Assembly (NCBI GenBank): GCA_002269645.1
Contig: NIVC01000366.1
Coordinates: 124,001-188,000 of the forward strand
DNA length: 64,000 bases
From: Macrostomum lignano
Taxonomy: Eukaryota
Direction of reading: 5' to 3'
The notes under the pieces are model-generated. The model searched no databases, was not told the origin of the DNA, and saw only the letters and a program-made list of their open reading frames with translations. The translations under genes and the position numbers were made by a program. Positions 62,098-64,000 of the stretch are shown here, one piece after another (within the stretch, counting starts at the first letter, position 1; each line of letters starts with the position of its first letter).

Positions 62098-63419
62098 ATG
62101 ACCAATTGCAAAGAGAACCAAAATACTCTTCAAGCAGTAGATAATTCTATGTCAGCAACAATGGAATCTGAGCATGATCTCTGGCTTGATACATTAGCCA
62201 ATGTTGGTCTATTATGTGATCAGCCTCAACTAGCTAATCCTATTAGCTGTCCAAGGCCAAAAGTTATTGATGGTCATCTCTGTCTAACTGTAGATGAATC
62301 AGTACAATTAAGGTTGGCTGTTAATGCTCTGGCTGAACAGGTAAATCAGCCAATAGTGCTTTGTTATTGTGTGCAGCAATCAATTTATTCCATTCGCTAA
62401 TCATTCGGCCTAAGTCCTATTCAAGATTCTGATTAAGTCAAGTATTAATAATTCAAATATATTCAAAACACTTAAAAGGCCAATCTGATTTAAAAGCTAA
62501 TAAAGCCAATAAGTTTTTGGTCATTCCATCACAATGTCATTCCTTTTTAAGTTCATACCCTCTCAAGGTCATTCCCTTCCGAGGTAATTCCTTCTCAAGG
62601 TCGTGTCATTTAAGATCGTTTCCTTTCAATGTCATTCCCTCTTAAGGTCATCATTCCCTCTCATGATCATTCCCATTCAAGATTGTTTACTTTCAAGGTC
62701 ATTCCCTCAGGGTCGCGCCATTTAGGATCGTTTCCTTTCAAGGTCATTCCCTCAGGGTCGCGCCATTTAGGATCGTTTCCTTTCAAGGTCATTCCCTCAG
62801 GGTCGCGCCATTTAGGATCGTTTCCTTTCAAGGTCATTCCCTCAAGGTAATTCCCTCTCAATATAATTGCCATTCAAGATCGTTTCTTTTCAAAGTCATT
62901 CTCAAGTCAAGGCCATTCCTTTTCAAGGTCGCAACATAACCGCTGTCAAACCCACCCAACCCAACCCAGGCGGCCGAGCGCTGTCGCCAATTGACTCGCC
63001 TCCTAGCCGATCTCGAACTGCATCGCGATCGTTCTGCCGCTCTCGATCGGGCTTTAAAAATTCTTGGACTTCGTCGGCCAGTGGAACTGGACGGCGCCCT
63101 GTCCGATCTCCTGTCCATCTCGGACGCGTACGCAGCCGCGTTGCCAGTGTTGGACGCCGCTAAGGCTGTCGTGTTTGACGACTATGCAGATAATTTAATC
63201 GCTGACAATCTTGGGCAAGCCGGACAGGTCGGCAGCGGCGATGTCCAGTCGCCTCGGCATAGCAACGCGGAGCTGCTGGCCGAGCTAGAGCAACGACGAC
63301 GACAACATCGGCGACACCAGCATCATCGTCGGGATCAACACCGATCGCGGCGACGATGCAACAGCGAAGGCGGCCGAGGAAAACAGCGTGCCAGTGTTGG
63401 CTCAGAATTTGGTAGTTGA
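62098..63419 (+). CDS. Unknown protein, predicted helical/coiled-coil core. Exons 62098-62340 and 62970-63419
   Basis: ATG preceded by an acceptor (tttcctttgcag, ends 62085). Phase-0 GAACAG|gtaaat donor and cccaacccag|GCG acceptor give a continuous frame LAVNALAEQ|AAERCRQLTRLLADLE. Exon 2 is GC-rich like the other exons. No family recognised; the C-terminus may be frameshifted. Confidence 0.6.
62545..62905. repeat. 45-bp repeat built on AAGGTCATTCC, intron of the plus-strand gene
   Basis: Period 45 (62701, 62746). Confidence 0.9.
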
Positions 63420-63529
63420 TTGTATTTGTTGGTTTATTGTGTATAAAGTTGGTGAAAATTTTAAGCACCTGTAGTTAATAATATTTGTCTCTCCTTTTTG
63501 AGGTCAATCTTTTAAGGTAGGTCAATTTT

Positions 63530-63835
63530 TTTCATGTTATTTCCTTTTAAAGTGAACCTTATTCAAGGTCATTCCATTTCAAGGTCATTTCCATTCAATG
63601 TCATATTCCATTTCAAGGTTAACCGTATTCAAGGTCAATCTTATTCAAGGTCATTTCATTCAAGGTCAACCTTATTCAAAGTAATTCCATTTCAAGGTCA
63701 TTTCCATGCAAGCTCATTCCATTTCAAGGTCATTTCTATTCAAGGTCCTTTCGATTCAAGTTCAAGGTCAACCTTATTTAAGATCATTCCATTTCATGGC
63801 CATTTCCATTCAAGGCCAACCTTTTTCAAGGTCAT
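63530..63835. repeat. Degenerate TTCAAGGTCATTCCA repeat downstream of the plus-strand gene
   Basis: Same core as 62545-62905. Confidence 0.85.
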
Positions 63836-64000
63836 TTTAGTTTAATTTTGTTCTTAAATAAGGCTTTGAGAGTTTTTAAGGTTCAATCCTAGCGTAGTTG
63901 AATTCTCGCTGGCTGTTATTGTACTGATATAATGAATGCTTATTAATTATTAACTTCATTATTACTCCATAACCAACAGAAGAAAGTCAACTAAGAGACA

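Overview
Eukaryotic, intron-rich animal genomic DNA with GC- and CpG-rich exons and minisatellite-filled introns. This style resembles a Macrostomum-type flatworm genome, which is an inference only. I reconstructed five co-directional minus-strand genes by hand from splice sites and frame continuity: a DEG/ENaC channel (3' end not found, probably beyond the left edge), an ANKRD28/44/52-type ankyrin protein (8 exons), CC2D2A (16 exons), a single-coding-exon Yippee-like gene and MRPL2 (3 exons). One two-exon plus-strand gene of unknown function lies at the right end. Most long ORFs in the supplied track are artefacts of tandem repeats. Main observations: (i) the ankyrin gene has one in-frame TAG, CC2D2A has one 1-nt frameshift, and the right-hand gene may have a third lesion; (ii) about two thirds of introns are largely one minisatellite, often touching the 3' splice site; (iii) a non-autonomous hAT-type family with two copies, each with TIRs and an exact 8-bp TSD; (iv) two tRNA-derived SINE families; (v) a CpG-eroded, TE-rich domain at about 54.7-62.5 kb that includes a coding exon with zero CpG; (vi) unpaired splice acceptors directly before several start codons, possibly SL trans-splicing sites. 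Family names rest on recalled motifs and sequences; no database search was run.
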